Source of the DNA: Tubulanus polymorphus
Lineage: Eukaryota; Animalia; Nemertea
NCBI RefSeq assembly: GCF_964204645.1
Contig: NC_134033.1
Coordinates: 7,138,655-7,202,654, forward strand
Reading direction: 5' to 3'
DNA: 64,000 nt
Of this stretch, positions 13,688 through 29,534 are shown in pieces. Under the pieces are notes generated by a model, which saw only the letters and a list, made by a program, of their open reading frames with translations, was not told where the DNA came from and searched no databases. The translations under genes were made by a program, and so were the position numbers. Each line of letters opens with the position of its first letter. The stretch's first letter is position 1.

Positions 13688-14740
13688 AAAAAGAATTGTC
13701 GGGGCGACAAAACAAAAATAATGAATTGTCGCGGGCTATAAATCAAAATTAATGAATTGTCGCGGGCGATAAAACCAAAATAATGAATTGTCGCGGGCGA
13801 CAAAACCAAAATGGTGAATTGTCGCCGGCGACAAAACCTAAATGGTTAATTGTCGCGGGCGACAAAACCAAAAAGGTGAATTGTCGCGGGCGACAAAACC
13901 AAAATGGTGAATTGTCTCAGGCGACAAAACTAAAATAATGAATAATCGCGGGCGATAAAACAAAAATATTGAATTGTCGCAGGCGATAAAACCAAAAAAG
14001 AAAATTGTCGCGGGCGACAAAAACAAAATATAAAACCAAAATAATGAATTGTCGCGGGCGACAAAACCAAAATAATGAATTGTCGGTGGCGATAAAACCA
14101 AAGTAATGAATTGTCGCGGGCGATAAAACCAAAATATTGAATTTTCGTGGGCGACAAAACCAAAATATTGAATTGTCGCGGGCGACAAAACCAAACTAAT
14201 TAATTGTCGCGGGCGACAAAACCAAACTAATGAATTTTCGCGGGCGATAAAACCAAAATAATGAATTGTCGGTGGCGATAAAACCAAAGTAATGAATTGT
14301 CGCGGGCGATAAAACCAAACTAATGAATTGTCGCGGGCGATAAAACCAAAATAATGAATTGTCTCGGGCGACAAAAACAAGATATTGAATCGTCGCGGGC
14401 GATAAAAACAAAATATTGAATTGTCGCGGAATGATGCAATCGTGAGTTGAAATAATACCTGAACAAATCGATGCACAGACATTCACTATATATATCTACT
14501 TGAACAATCGAGCCTACTCAGTAATATACTCAGTTTTTACGAAACCTGGAGTTTTTGTTTCAGAGAAATTTGAGTATCAGTATCCGATGCTATATACTAA
14601 CGTTAACGTTAGTTATCATCGCTCCGTCATGCTAAGTTATACATTTCATGTCAACCAGTATCTACAGGCAGCTGTACAGTGTGTACACACTATATCTGAA
14701 TACGAGGCTGGAATAACAGGCTCACTTCACGTAGGTTCAT

Positions 14741-15412
14741 GATGAGGAGAAACTCGCAGCTGATCCCCGGAACGACGATGTAGTAACACACGTCGATTCG
14801 TCGATGTTTACGGCTCGACAGTGCTTTTAAAATCTTAAGTAGTAAATTTCCAGTGTATCGGTAATATGATTTGATGAGGAAAATGGGCTATTGTTAAAAT
14901 CACTGTCTGAAGACCGCGACTGAATGTGAAGTCTGCGGCAATAAATTAGTTCATTTATACTTGAATTGATAATCGAAGTGACAGTCGGCCTGCGGGTTGA
15001 TTTCGGGATGACGACTCGAAAAACATGTCGCCCCATTGAATGGGGCTAGATTTTCGATGTTTACGGCCCGACAGCGCTTTTGTAACGATGATTCGTGAAA
15101 AAACACGCGGGCTATTTGTAGATCTCAGTGAGCTGAACGATATTATATGGATTGTATATGAAACAGCGGTAAGGTAACAAAGCCTATGTTCTTTTGGTAA
15201 AAATAGTGTGGAAGAAAATAATAATAATAATAATCACGCGGATATCAATAGGGTTTTCTGTGAAATAACAGAAAACCCTAATAATAATAATAATAATAAT
15301 AATAAGAAACACGCGAATCTCAATAGGGTTTTCTGTGAAATAACAGAAAACCCTAATAATAATCACGCGGATATCAATAGGGTTTTCTGTGAAATAACTG
15401 AAAACCCTAATA
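14741..15412. mobile_element. Helentron-like non-autonomous element end with triplicated hairpin and (AAT)n
   Basis: AGGGTTTTCTGTGAAATAACAGAAAACCCT hairpin occurs three times (15250-15408) with AAT runs; an inverted copy lies at 48318-48665. Confidence 0.7.
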
Positions 15413-15429
15413 AGAAAATTAGTATTAAA

Positions 15430-18393
15430 ATGGAAGCAAATAAGAAGTACCACTGTTCAACATGTAAAATTGATATAGATAAATCTCAATAAGCAAGACA
15501 CAATAAAACTAAATCTCACTTAGAAAATAAATTAAAATTAGAATATAAAGATGATATATTAGAAACTAAATCAGATGAATTAAAGAATGAAAAAGAAATA
15601 TACAAATGTGATACATGTAATCAATCATTCAGTAACAAAAGATATTATAAAGAACATTTAAAATCTAAAATACATATTAGAAATATGAATAATGATATTT
15701 TAGGTGAAGATTATTTTGATAATGATGATGATAAGAAACAGAAGACAATTAAAAGAATAAAAAATAAAATAAACAATAAAAGGCCATACATGGAAGATGT
15801 AAGAAATTATATTAATTCATTAGATAATAAAAAAGAAACAGAAATAACCGAAGCATTTGAAAGCAATATTGGACCAGCTGCTATTGAATTTAAATTTCAT
15901 AAAAGTGAAACATTAGAAGAAAATAAAAAACATTTAGAAAATATGAAAAGTATTATAAAAATAATTACTGGTGTTGAATACCCTAAGATTGGTATATCAG
16001 TTAAAGTTAAATTTTTAAAATCTGAAGATGAACCAATATATAATATAAATTCTCATTCACAACATATTATGTCAAAACAACATGTAGATGATAAATTAGA
16101 TAAATGTTATAATGAAATAAAAAGTAAAATGGAAGAGAAATATTTTGAAGGATCTGGTTTAATATTCGATGAAATAATATTTATGAATTAACATGTTTAT
16201 AACACAAGATATAATAAATTAACTAAATCTAAACCAATTGATGAAAATAATTTATCATATTATAAAGATGATTATATTAATGGATCAAGTTATATCAAAT
16301 TACCATTTAAAACTAATGCTTTCTATGGTGAATAATTAGTTGCTTATATCCTGCAACTGATAATATTTGTAGAGTATCAAATTATAAACCATTTGAAAAT
16401 AATTATAAGATAGATAATTATCCTGTTAGAATTAAAGATATTCCAAAAATAGAAAGAGATAATAATATAAAGATAAATGTATTTGATTTAGTCAAATTAC
16501 CAAGAACAAAAGGTAATAATATTGAAAATTATACATCAGAACCTCTATACTTATCAAAAGATTATGATTCAAATGATGTTATAGATATATTACATTATGA
16601 GAATCATTATACGTGGATTAAAAGAATTGATTTATTTTTCAAATCAGAAAATGATTTTGATAATAAAATATATCTATGTAGAAAATGTTTACATAAATTC
16701 AGTAATGAAAGTGCATTATTGAATCATAAACAATTATGTGAAAATCATGATTATTGTAAAATAGTTTTACCAAATGAAAAGGATAAATTATTAGAATTTA
16801 AAAAATATGATTACAAGAATAAAGTACCATTTGTAATATATGGAGATTTTGAATCACTAAATAAAGAATTAACTGATCAAGATAGAAAAGAAATATATCA
16901 TAAAAGAAAGAAATTAAATTCTAATGAAAATGATATAATTGATTATTCAGATCCTCTAATAACAAATACTATTAAAAAGATCTATCAAAGTGCTGCAGCT
17001 TTGGGATTATATATTAAATCTGATTATGCAGAACTAATTGAAATTGAATATTATCATTATAGAAATGAAAATGTTATCAATCATTTTTGTGACTTATTAA
17101 TTGAATATGAAATAAAATTTAATGAAAAGTTAAATGAAAATAAAGAAATTATAATGACAGAAGAAGATAAACAAGAATTTGATTTAGCAGATAAATGTTG
17201 GTTACTTCTTTGTTGTAGATTCAGAATATCCTCCTGAAGTTAGAAAATTTAAATCTAGAAATCTAGCTTACTGCCCCGAATATAAAACTGTAACACATGA
17301 AGAATTATCAAATTACCAAAAAAGAATTAAACCCGAAAATCATATTCATACAGAAAGGTTAATGGTAACTCAGGAAGATAAATATAATCATGTAGTGCAT
17401 TATAGAACGTTAAAATTATATTTGAATCAAGGAATGAGTCTAAAAAAAGTACGTAGATATATTTCATTCAGTCAATCTAAATGGTTAGAAAAATATATAG
17501 TTTTTAACACCAAACAGAGAACTAAAGCTAATACTGATTTTTAGAAAGATTTCTTCAAGTTAATGAATAATGCATTCTATGGTAAGACTTGTGAAAATGT
17601 TAGAAATAGAAATGATATTGAGTTAGTTAGTAATGGTAAAAGGTTAAGGCATTTACAAACATATCCTAAGTTCATAGGTAACAGAATATTTGATGAAAAT
17701 TTAGCTGCAGTTAAAATGAGAAGAACTTCTATAAAATTTAATAAACCAATTTATATTGGTGCTACAGTTTTAGAAATATCAAAATTATTAATGTATGAAT
17801 TCTATTATAACGTATTACAACCTCATTTTGGAGAAAAGCATATAGAAATCTTATATTTTGATACCGACAGTTACATATTAAAGATAAAAACTAATAACAT
17901 AACAGATGATTTAAAAACATTAAAACATCATTTCGACTTAAGTAATTATCCAAAAGATCATGAATTGTTTTACAATGATAATAAAAATGTGTTCGGTAAA
18001 TTCAAAGATGAATTAGGAGGTGAAGAAATGATTGAATTCATTGGAATTCGATCTAAAATGTATTCATATAAAACCAAAACTCATGAATCTAAAAAGTTAA
18101 AAGGAATTACCAAAAGCGTTGTTGAAAAGAATATTCATTTTAAAGATTACATCAATTGTATATTTAATGAAGAAGTTAGAAAACACAGGATGAAATGTTT
18201 AAGATCTGAGTACCACGAGATGTTTATTGAAGAAATTGAAAAGGTTAGTCTAAATCCATTTGACGATAAAAGATATATTTTAGATGATGGAATTCATACA
18301 GTCGCGTATGGTTGCAATTTAGAAGAATACTTAAAATTTAGAAGGGAAGAAACAAAAGAGAATGAGATTATGAAAAGAATTCTAGCGTGTTAA
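15430..18393 (+). pseudogene. pPolB: Protein-primed family B DNA polymerase with N-terminal C2H2 zinc fingers
   Basis: Two CxxC..H..H fingers (15430-15680); GSSYIKLP, KDIPKIE..N.INVF and HYTWIK; ExoI YGDFES; motif B KLMNNAFYGKTCENVR; motif C YFDTDS; KLKGI. Stops at 15490, 16189 and 17542. A deletion at ~17200 (KCW|GYFFVVD) removes ExoII/III and polymerase motif A. Confidence 0.93.
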
Positions 18394-18424
18394 TCAAATT
18401 TTAGTAAAAAAACATGTTTAATAA

Positions 18425-18701
18425 ATGGAGCCGGAACAATCACAAACTATTAATATTACAAATAGTGTTGTTAATATTTATCATAAGAAATGTTCAAAAT
18501 GTGAATTGAATAAACAACTCTCGGAATATTATACTTATAAAACTCAGAAAGATGGTAAGCAAAGATCCTTTAGAAAAATTTGAAAATATTAGGAAAGGAA
18601 ACAAACTAGATATGAAATTATATTTAGATCAACTGGATAAAGCAAAGGCATTTGTTGAATTATCGAATTCAACACAGAATGAAAAACACGTTGAATCTTA
18701 A
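18425..18701 (+). pseudogene. Small zinc-ribbon ORF of the Polinton-like element
   Basis: MEPEQ...KKCSKCELNKQLSEYY..KDG then a frameshift; starts 32 nt after the pPolB stop with the same AAAATG/AAATG start context. Confidence 0.45.
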
Positions 18702-19989
18702 GCGTTTATGATAAGAACTCTACTCGAGTCACACGTGTATATATAAGCACTTAGTCGTTTTACGAACAACTATAACCATGTGTATATACCTAACATCTGC
18801 CACACGCTCAATCCACGGGAGTAATTAATTTGAAAATTGATCGATCAAACAGGTGTTGCCATTTGTTGTTATGTTATATTGGATAGCTAGCAGTTGGATT
18901 AAGCACGCAGTACATACAATACACACAGGATACATTCTCTCTCGTGATTAAAAGGAATTTCAGTTTTAAGGTAAGTTTTAGCAAAACCACCCGACCTGAC
19001 TCGCAGAGTTTCTAGGGGATAAGCATCCCGTTATAGAGAGGCGCCACAAGATACTTATCCCCAAGCATTTCTATTTACACCCCTGTGACCCACGCCTCAC
19101 CAATTCTCCTTCAATAGTTGACAGGAAACACATTATATTTAAGGCGCCTAATGCGTTTCCTATCAACCCTTAACCCCCGAAGGGAGGATCGAAAGTCGAA
19201 ACTGAAGGAGAACCACAGAGGGTGGACAAAGGTGCATTTTCGAAATGCCCCTGCAAGCCAGGCTCGGCGGCACTTCAGTGGTCGAATGAATTGCCTTATA
19301 TACTTAGCTAAAACACCGAAGTCAATATAAACGGTGTTTACGTTATTCGAAATTCTAAATTATTCCGAATGAAAAGAATATAAGAATGAAAACTGATGAA
19401 TGAATTATGGATTTTTAACTTAATTATGATCGAATTTTTAATCAAATCAGTAATCAATTATCCATGTTAATTGAATATTAAATTCAAATTCCAGTTCAAA
19501 TTTTCATTTCAGTATCTATTTCACTCAGTGCTGCCAACTTTCAACGTAATAATTAGAAACGACTGTAAAAATTAAAGCAAAGAATTTTGAATAATGAATA
19601 ATTAGAAACGGTTGTAAAACAATAATTAAACTAACTATTCTAATATTTCTGATTATTGACTAGGTTTAATATCAAGGATCCGAAATGACTTATCTGGACA
19701 CTTATATTAACTGCTCCTATAGATAGACAAAGGTAGTGAGATATTCTAAATCCTAATTTAAATAAAAAATATTTAAAAAAACAATAACTTCAAGTAGCTA
19801 GTGAATTTTATTATATTTTTATTCAAAATCTAACATTTCTTTTCAAAAAGGGAATACTTTGTATTTTGATAAGATTTGAATAGAAATTCTTTAACTTTAA
19901 CTAACCGAGTCAATTTAGTATTAACCCAAAGAGTTATTAGTATCATTTGAAGAATAAGTTTAATTTTTTCTACTTTTTCGCTAATATAA

Positions 19990-20550
19990 ATGTCAAAGAA
20001 ATCGAGTAAGAATAGTATTGATATTGAAAAAACCTTAGATGATTTGGGCATTAGTGATAATAAGGATATTCCAACCAAAATTGAAAATAATATTGATTAT
20101 GAATACTATTCAACATGTAAGCACCATCTAGAACTATTGATTGCTGGTGGGAAATCTAAGGAATTCTTAAATAGAATTATAACTTTTCAAGAATTAGATA
20201 ACATGAAACCAGATCAAGTAATAAAACATTTCAAAATATATGAAGAAGCTAGATTAGCTAGAATAAACGATTCTATAAGTGATGGTATTATAAAATGTTA
20301 CTCCAAATTATGTAACCGGATTATACCAATTGATGATGAAAATAAATTATACAGTGATTTAAAGAATGATTATTTAGTTATGAGAGAATTACAGAAATGG
20401 GTTGGATACGCTTCATTCCAATTAGGTGGAATAATGACATTGATTTTTTACTGTAGTTATAACATTTTCTAACATTAAACCTATAGTATGTAAAGATAAA
20501 AATAAATCAGAAGATATTGAATCAGAACAAAAATTAAGTAAAATAAATGA
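19990..20550 (+). CDS. Polinton-like hypothetical protein with hydrophobic C-terminus (frameshifted at ~20450)
   Basis: 160-aa ORF with LIAGGKSKEFL...YEEARL...DLKND, co-oriented and abutting downstream viral ORFs. Confidence 0.6.
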
Positions 20551-20907
20551 GTGATGATATTAAGAAGAAACCTAGATTCGAAAAAGAAATTAAATGGGAA
20601 AGGGAATTGGGTAGAAGATCTTCTTTAAAAAAAAGCAAAGAAAAAGAAATTAACTGATATAAATGAACCACAGAAATTATCTGTTATTGATTCGAATGAT
20701 AATCCATCTGATTCATCTAATGCTGGAAGTAATAATAAATTATATATTACAATTGGATTAGTAACAGTTATTATATTTTCTGGCGTAATATATAAATATA
20801 AATTCAAATCTAATAATAATGATTCCGATAATAAACCTATTATACCAGAAAATAAGTCAAATGATAAAGTCATTGAAAATAAACCAAGATTATTCTTAAT
20901 GGATTAA
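20547..20907 (+). pseudogene. Small basic protein with one predicted transmembrane helix
   Basis: MSDDIKKKPRF..(frameshift)..KLYITIGLVTVIIFSGVIYKYK..RLFLMD*; ends 6 nt before the integrase ATG. Confidence 0.55.
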
Positions 20908-20913
20908 AATAAG

Positions 20914-21999
20914 ATGAAAAAAGAACAATATTTAAGAGATTTATATTATATTCCAGAGAGTGAAGTATCATATTCTAGTGTTTCAGAATTATGGGATAGA
21001 ATTAAATCTGATAAAGAAAATATAAAATATAGTGAACTAAGAGTATGGTTACAAAATCAACCAACATATCAAATCCATAAGAAAATGGATAAAAATTATT
21101 TAACGAGAAAAGTTATGGTTTCATACATTGATCAACAATGGCAAGCAGATTTGATTGACATGAAGAACTTAGAAGAATACAACAAAGGATATTTCTGGAT
21201 ATTAAATGTTATAGATATATTCAGTAGATACGCATGGTCAATTCCAATCAAAAATAAAACTGGTATAGAAGTAACAAATGCATTTAGAAATATATTTAAA
21301 GAAGCTATTCCAGGTAAGATACAATTTGATGAAGGTAAGGAATTTTATAATAAACATTTTAAAAAACTATTATCTGATAACGATGAAGAGTATTTTTCAA
21401 CACACTCAGATAAAAAAGCATCTATCATAGAAAGATTTAATAAAACATTGAAAACTAGAATGTGGAAATATTTTACTGCCAATGAAACATATAAATATAT
21501 CGATGTATTAGATGATTTAGTGAAAGGTTAAAATAATTCTAAACATAGTGCTATAAATATGAAACCGATACAAGCTAGAAAAGAAGATAATTCAGAAATA
21601 GTTTGGAATAATTATTATGGAGCCATTGTTACACATGATTTCGGAGAACCTAAATTTAAAATTGGACAATACGTTAGAATATATAAATATAGAAAAACCT
21701 TTTATAAAGGTTATACTCCAAATTTTACCGAAAAAATATTCAAGATTAAAAAGATAATACTTACTAAACCATTTGTTTATAAATTAGAAGATTTAAAAAA
21801 TGAAGAAATATTAGGTTATTTCTATGAACAAGAATTATCACTTGTACCAAATCCAGATGAAATAGAATACAAAATAGAAAAAGTATTGAAAACAAAAAAC
21901 TCTTAAAGGAAAAAGTATTCTCTGGTGAAATATAAAGGGTATGATGATAAATTCAATGAATGGATTTTATCTAGTAAAATTATAAGAATAAATGAATAA
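20914..21999 (+). pseudogene. Polinton-type retroviral-like (rve) integrase with C-terminal chromodomain
   Basis: DDE residues in QWQADL, IQFDEGKEF and IIERFNKTLK; YKGYTPNFTEKIF; chromodomain EYKIEKVL..YSLVKYKGYDDKFNEWI. One stop (21529) and one frameshift (~21900). Confidence 0.95.
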
Positions 22000-23732
22000 A
22001 GATTTATTTATATTTGAACCGCATAATAATGTTAGTTACTGGGGTAACCAACTGTGGTAAAACACATTACATATTAGACTTGTTAGAAACTATTTATGAG
22101 AATCCTTTTGATAATATTATATTATTCTGCCCCACTTATGAAATGAATAAAACATATAATAGAGATATAGTTAAGATAAACAAGAAAATTAACTTTAATA
22201 AATTATTTGACGCCTGCGAAAAAATGTAGAATTTCTGGGATAAGCTAATGTGGAATTGCAAATTTGAAATCGAAGTTTTAAGAAATTTGGGGAATTATGA
22301 GATTTGGCGATGATACAGTCTTCGACTGGTCTAATTTAAAAAAAAATGTCAACTTGTGACCGACTTCGATTCACTTTTGCTCTAAGCTGGTCTGCAACTT
22401 CATTGCCTCCATGGTTGAAGAAAGAGCTCTTCTGATGTCTGCTTCATCATGACTTCGAGCATATCGTGTAGCCAGCCGGCCCGGTCCCGGGGCCCGGTTT
22501 GGCTGTCACTCGATATCCTAGACTTGAGTCTGGGTTGACATCGTCATTTAAATAACTTATTCATGTTATTCTGTATGAATTACCCATGTGTCTTGTATTT
22601 TGTATTTTCTTATTCTAAAATTTGTAACTTTATTGAATTTGGGAATTTCATCCCGGAATTTCAATGTAATAAGGATCAATAAAGTATTGAATTGAATTGT
22701 CACCTTATACACATGCCATCAGCGGACGCGGAGCCGTATATGACAGCTATGCTATTATAGATTGCTAATCTCATGAAACCTGCATACCCCTAATATCGAA
22801 CATATTTTCTAAAACATTTGAATATTGAAATTATTTGTTTACACGTTTTTATATAGACCGCTTGTAGCCACCGATGAAATTCACGCCGGCCCTACTCAGA
22901 TCGTAGATAGCTTCGTCATTCCACTAGCATCCCCATGTCAGGGTCTGACTTTTATATCAGACTTCCAAATCGTGTATACATCCGCCATTTAACCGAATAA
23001 TCCGATTTACTTATCATTTCTATTTATGCCTGCCGCTCCTGATATAATCATACATCCTTTACTATTACAATACCTCTTATCATGATATTCAATGCAATAT
23101 AACATTTCGACGTTCAAATAGAGGTCATTATATAATCACAGGGAGCCATTCTACATCTTTATCAATAATATTTTGCCAAATAGCTTGTATGTGTACACAT
23201 AAACCTGTGACGTTTTGCACATCGATTTACGGTTGTCGTTTGTAAAATGACGCTGAATGGTTAACAATGTTTAAGTTTCATAATGGTAACGTTTTATAAG
23301 GCGTCAAAAAAGTTTATTATATTAGATCCTAAAACAGTTAAAGAAAATTTAGATAATTGTATAAAAATAGCATTAGATTTTTATAAAGGATCAAATACAT
23401 TATTCATTATAGATGATTGTGCAAATTTACATGATTCAAAACTTAGAGAAAGTGAACTATGCTATTAAGCTTTCTCTGGGAGACATTTTGGAATTACAAC
23501 ATGGGTTTTGAATCAAAAATATAGTTCAATTGTTAAGGATTTTAGAGAAAACATTAGATTTTTAGTATTATTCTACAATAAAGATAGAAAATCTATTTAA
23601 CAATCATTGGAAGAAAATAAAATAATACCTACTGAATTACATGATAAATATATGAATAAATTAAAAAGTAATAAAGTTTCAAAATTAATACTGAGACTAC
23701 AATTTCCCTATGAATATAAATTTATAAAATAA
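21992..23732 (+). pseudogene. A32/FtsK-HerA-type genome packaging ATPase, split by an insertion
   Basis: Walker A GVTNCGKT (~22040); after the insertion, Walker B LFIIDD, arginine finger SGRH, and LNQKY..I.KDFREN. Stop at 23730-23732. Confidence 0.9.
22177..23309 (+). mobile_element. Helentron-like non-autonomous insertion in the ATPase gene
   Basis: Higher-GC block with subterminal inverted repeat TTTGACGCCT (22206) / AGGCGTCAAA (23299), inserted in an A-run; ATPase homology resumes right after it. Confidence 0.65.
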
Positions 23733-23747
23733 GGTATTTCAAATAAT

Positions 23748-25640
<1,893 letters not shown>

Positions 25641-26589
25641 ATTTTTTGCATCATTTTTAATTTTATTTATAAAATCTTCAGCAACTTTTTTCAATTCTGT
25701 TAAAAAATCTCTCCCTTAAATTTGATGAGATTAAGTATACCTGAACAATCATCTGGAAATTCATTTATATTTGTCCAACGATTTTTTACATCTGATAATA
25801 CTTTTTTTTATTATTTCTTACATAATCGATGAATATTGATCTATATAATTTCCTATGATTATTATTTTCGATATCAAAAAATCCAGTTGGTATTCTATAA
25901 AGGTGTTTTGGATCAGCAGTTTTTAATGAATGCTCAAAAGAATTATCATGTTTAATTTTATCTTTAGGTAATACAACAACATTACACTTTTCACATATAT
26001 TTCTTTCTACATTATCCAAATGTATTTGAGTTAATTTGTGTTTTGAAAAATTACTACGACTTAAATATCACATTCTTCACAATATTTATCATTATTATTA
26101 TCTTCTTCAGTTTTATCATTATCAATTTCACTATTATTATTCAATTCATTTATATTCTTATTCTTAATTTTATTATTCTTGATTGAATTAAGATGAGTTG
26201 CCCAACTCTTATAACTTTAATATTCTTTACATACATCACAATATTTTTCATTTGTCTTTTTGGTTTTGTTATTTTAGGTTCAATCTTATCATTATTCGAT
26301 GTAGAAGGTATAACATTATCTTCTATTTTTGTTTCAAAATTATCTTCTATTTTAGTTTCAATATTCTTATATCCTATTTTTGTTTCAATATTATCTTCTT
26401 TTTTGTTTCAATATTCTTTTCTATTTTACTTATTCTATAATTGAATTCATTAAAGTATTCTCCAAAATACTTACTATATTCATCATAAGGTATTATATAA
26501 TATATATCCGATATCATTTCACTTGGACTTTGTATTTCATATATTCCTCCTTCCATTTATTATAGAATTTTTTTATGAAAACTAAAATT

Positions 26590-27543
26590 TTAATACATAA
26601 CACTATTCAATTGAGAATTTATGATATTTGATTGCGCGTCAGATATAATATAAATGTGCATTTTGAAATTTTAGTCTCCTTTTTTCTTTTTCATGAATAA
26701 TTGTATTCCATCTTTAGTGTTCGGTAATTTCTTCCCAGAACCATGTAATAAGTTATCCTCTGTCGTTCTAAAATCTAACCATAATGCATATTTATTGCCG
26801 GTATAATAATCAATTTGATTAATATTACAATTTTCAGATGATTTAATTTTTTCATTCATAAAATATTTTCTAATTTCTGGCCATTGTTCTATCATTCTCA
26901 TTCCTTGACAGAATATTTCATTTCCTATACCTTCGATAGTTATTTCTACTTTTGATATTTCAGGATTATAATAATTATCAACCTGTATTGCGCCATTAGA
27001 ATATGTAGCAATTGTAAAAAATATTAATATACCTTTAATAGATCTTCTTGAGAAGTTGATATTCTCATTGATTATTTCATCACTTGCATTAATAGTTACA
27101 GTTTTAAATGCATCAATATAATCATATAATAATGAAAATCCTTGATTGTATTGAGTTTGAATTATACTTGAAATATTTTCATCAGTTACTGTGTCATATT
27201 CTAAACATATATTCGATAATTTATAACCCATATCTTTAACAACGCTAGATAATACAATTTCATTAACAGGAGCAAATGTTATTTCGAATATAATATCTTC
27301 TTGAATTGCATATTTATATAAAGGCGCATTATTATTTATCAATTCAAAGTCTAATGGAATTTTATATTTGCTTCCATAAATCTTTTTAATCAAATTATCT
27401 GCGGTACGAGTTACTATTGCGTCATTAGCTCTTGATCTTAATTTATTAGGGTTTTCTGATTGGATGCCTTGAAATATCATATTATTTCTATTTTCTTTTG
27501 TTAACCATAAATCTTTATAATGCATAAATAAATTATAATCATC
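26590..27543 (-). pseudogene. Probable major capsid protein (double jelly-roll), N-terminus deleted
   Basis: 284-aa beta-strand-rich ORF (YKIPLDFEL, FEITF, NICLEYD, KGILIFF, YNPEISKVEITIEG, YALWLDFRT) continuing in frame past a stop at 26671 as MHIYIISDAQ..SVMY* to 26590. Size and context fit an MCP. I recognise the motifs from invertebrate Polinton-like elements, but the fold is inferred. Confidence 0.7.
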
Positions 27544-29510
27544 TCAGGAAAAAACTGTTTCTGGTCCAATCTTTATAGTTAATTTTTTTTTCAAAGCTAA
27601 CTTTGTGCATTCATATTCAACTTCATCAATTACTTGAAGATCTTTATTTAATTCTAATTGTTTTAATTCTTCATTTGCGTCAGTTAATTCTTTTTTTAAC
27701 ATGGTTATTTTAAAAAATCTCATCTTGATATTGGCAATTTCACCAGCTGATTCTTGCATACCTTTAATTTCTCTACGTGCTTGTTCAGGAAATATTTTTA
27801 ATTGTTCTTCATTTAAATCAAGTAATCCTTTTTTTAATAAAGATTGCATTTGATTTGTTCCAGTTTCAGTACCGGGTGTATCTAAAATACTATGCATCTC
27901 TTCTTCCAGGGATGAGAACGCCGACCTATAAAATCCGCGGGTTATTTTTTCTTGAGTGACATACGCGAACCAGCTGACGGCTACGCCGTCAGCACTAGCG
28001 AGCGCGGAAGGCGCGAAGCTATTTCGGGGGGGGGGGGGTTTGGGGGCCCTCCCCCAAGAAAATTTAAGAAATTAAATACGTTTTCCGAGCACTTAGAGCG
28101 ATCTCGAACCCATGAACGACTATTATATTTTGGAAGGTAATGGCTAGTTCCAATGTGGTACATCCTCATTTGATGACATTCAGCATCTCATGCATTACGG
28201 GTCGAGCCCTGAATTATTGCAGTAAAAATGCGCCGATGAATGCTCACTAAAAATCATCACCAAGTAGTGTATAATATCCGAAAGCGTTCGCCACACACAC
28301 GCAGCAACAGTAAGTAGACCTATATAAGTTACTACTGTTGCTGTGCGTGCGTGTCTGCAACCGATCGATAAAATACATACAAACTCATCGTAGTACAATG
28401 TACATACAAAATCACTGTGTTGCAATGAATATGCATTGAAATGCGATACGTTTACGTGACGATAAGTAAAACAGGCACTGAACGCTTTTACGGTTCACCT
28501 GATTACCGATCGCGCCGGACCAATTGAGTGAGATCATCACCCCCCCCCCCCATACTTTTACATCATTTTTGGACTATTTGGAAAATTGATATTTTTCAAT
28601 ACTGAAATCCGCGGGAAACCGCGGATCCGCGGGGAATTCTCATCTCTGTTCTTCAAATGAATTCATTGTATCCAGTAAGTTATCTTAATGTTTTCCTTAT
28701 TGTAATTGCTTGAATCATTATCAATTTGTTGAATATCTCTTCTCGATGTTTCTGGTGTTGCAGTTCTTAATTTATCTAATCGATCTCCATACTTTTCCAT
28801 TTCTGGATCAACATAAGTAGGATTTAAATTTTAAATGGGGAATATTTGTTAATATCAATACCAACATTTGGTTCTTCTTCATTCATTCTATCGAGTGCAT
28901 TCCATATAATTCTGAGAAATTCTGAACCACCTTTTGAACGTTCAATTGTAGATCCTGCTCGCACTCCAGGTTCAAAAATATTTTCTTGACCCATTCTAGA
29001 TAATTGTATTGATGCAGTTTTGTTATTTAATTCAACATTATAAAACCATACATCATTTTTAAATTCTAAATTATTCATGAAATGTGGATCATCTTTTAAA
29101 ATTTGCATTACAATTTCTTCTGTATCAACTTTATCTATTACATCTTTTGGTAATAATTCGTTAGCAATTGTATCTATTACTCTACTTTTCATTCCATATA
29201 ATTGCTCTTTCAAATAAGGATCAGTTGTATTTACTATTCTATTCATTAAATCTTTTCTAAATGTTACGGGTTTAATAACTTCCCTTTCGGGAGCTGTCAT
29301 ATATTCTTTAAATCTTTCACGCGTTTCGTAATTAATTACACCATCATCTTCATCAGCTAAACTAGAATTATATGATGGATCATCATCTTCATCATTATTT
29401 AAATTATTATTATATGCTGATCCATCATCATTACTGGTACTTGTATCAGGAAAATCAAGTTGTGGTTCATCACTTATACCAGGGGCGTCACCAAAAGTAT
29501 CCATTGGAAT
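27544..29510 (-). pseudogene. Acidic/coiled-coil hypothetical protein of the Polinton-like element, split by a MITE
   Basis: ORF 29504-28824, then a frameshifted continuation; removing 27907-28654 restores NSFEE|EMHSILD into ORF 27897-27544. Confidence 0.65.
27907..28648. mobile_element. hAT-like MITE with 6-bp TSD
   Basis: TIR CAGGGATGAGAA / TTCTCATCTCTG; TSD TTCTTC at 27901-27906 and 28649-28654. Confidence 0.85.
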
Positions 29511-29534
29511 ATCTATTTATATAATAAAAAATTA

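Larger units (their letters stand above)
8826..14428. repeat. 31-bp hairpin minisatellite array in three blocks (8826-9030, 10283-11069, 13688-14428)
   Basis: Same unit as 5661-6185. Blocks are separated by two inserted elements and resume in the same register. Confidence 0.92.

Noticed and set aside
15200-15430. Hairpin/(AAT)n repeats as the left TIR of the Polinton
   Set aside because: They belong to a dispersed Helentron-like family (copy at 48318) and have no counterpart near 30030.
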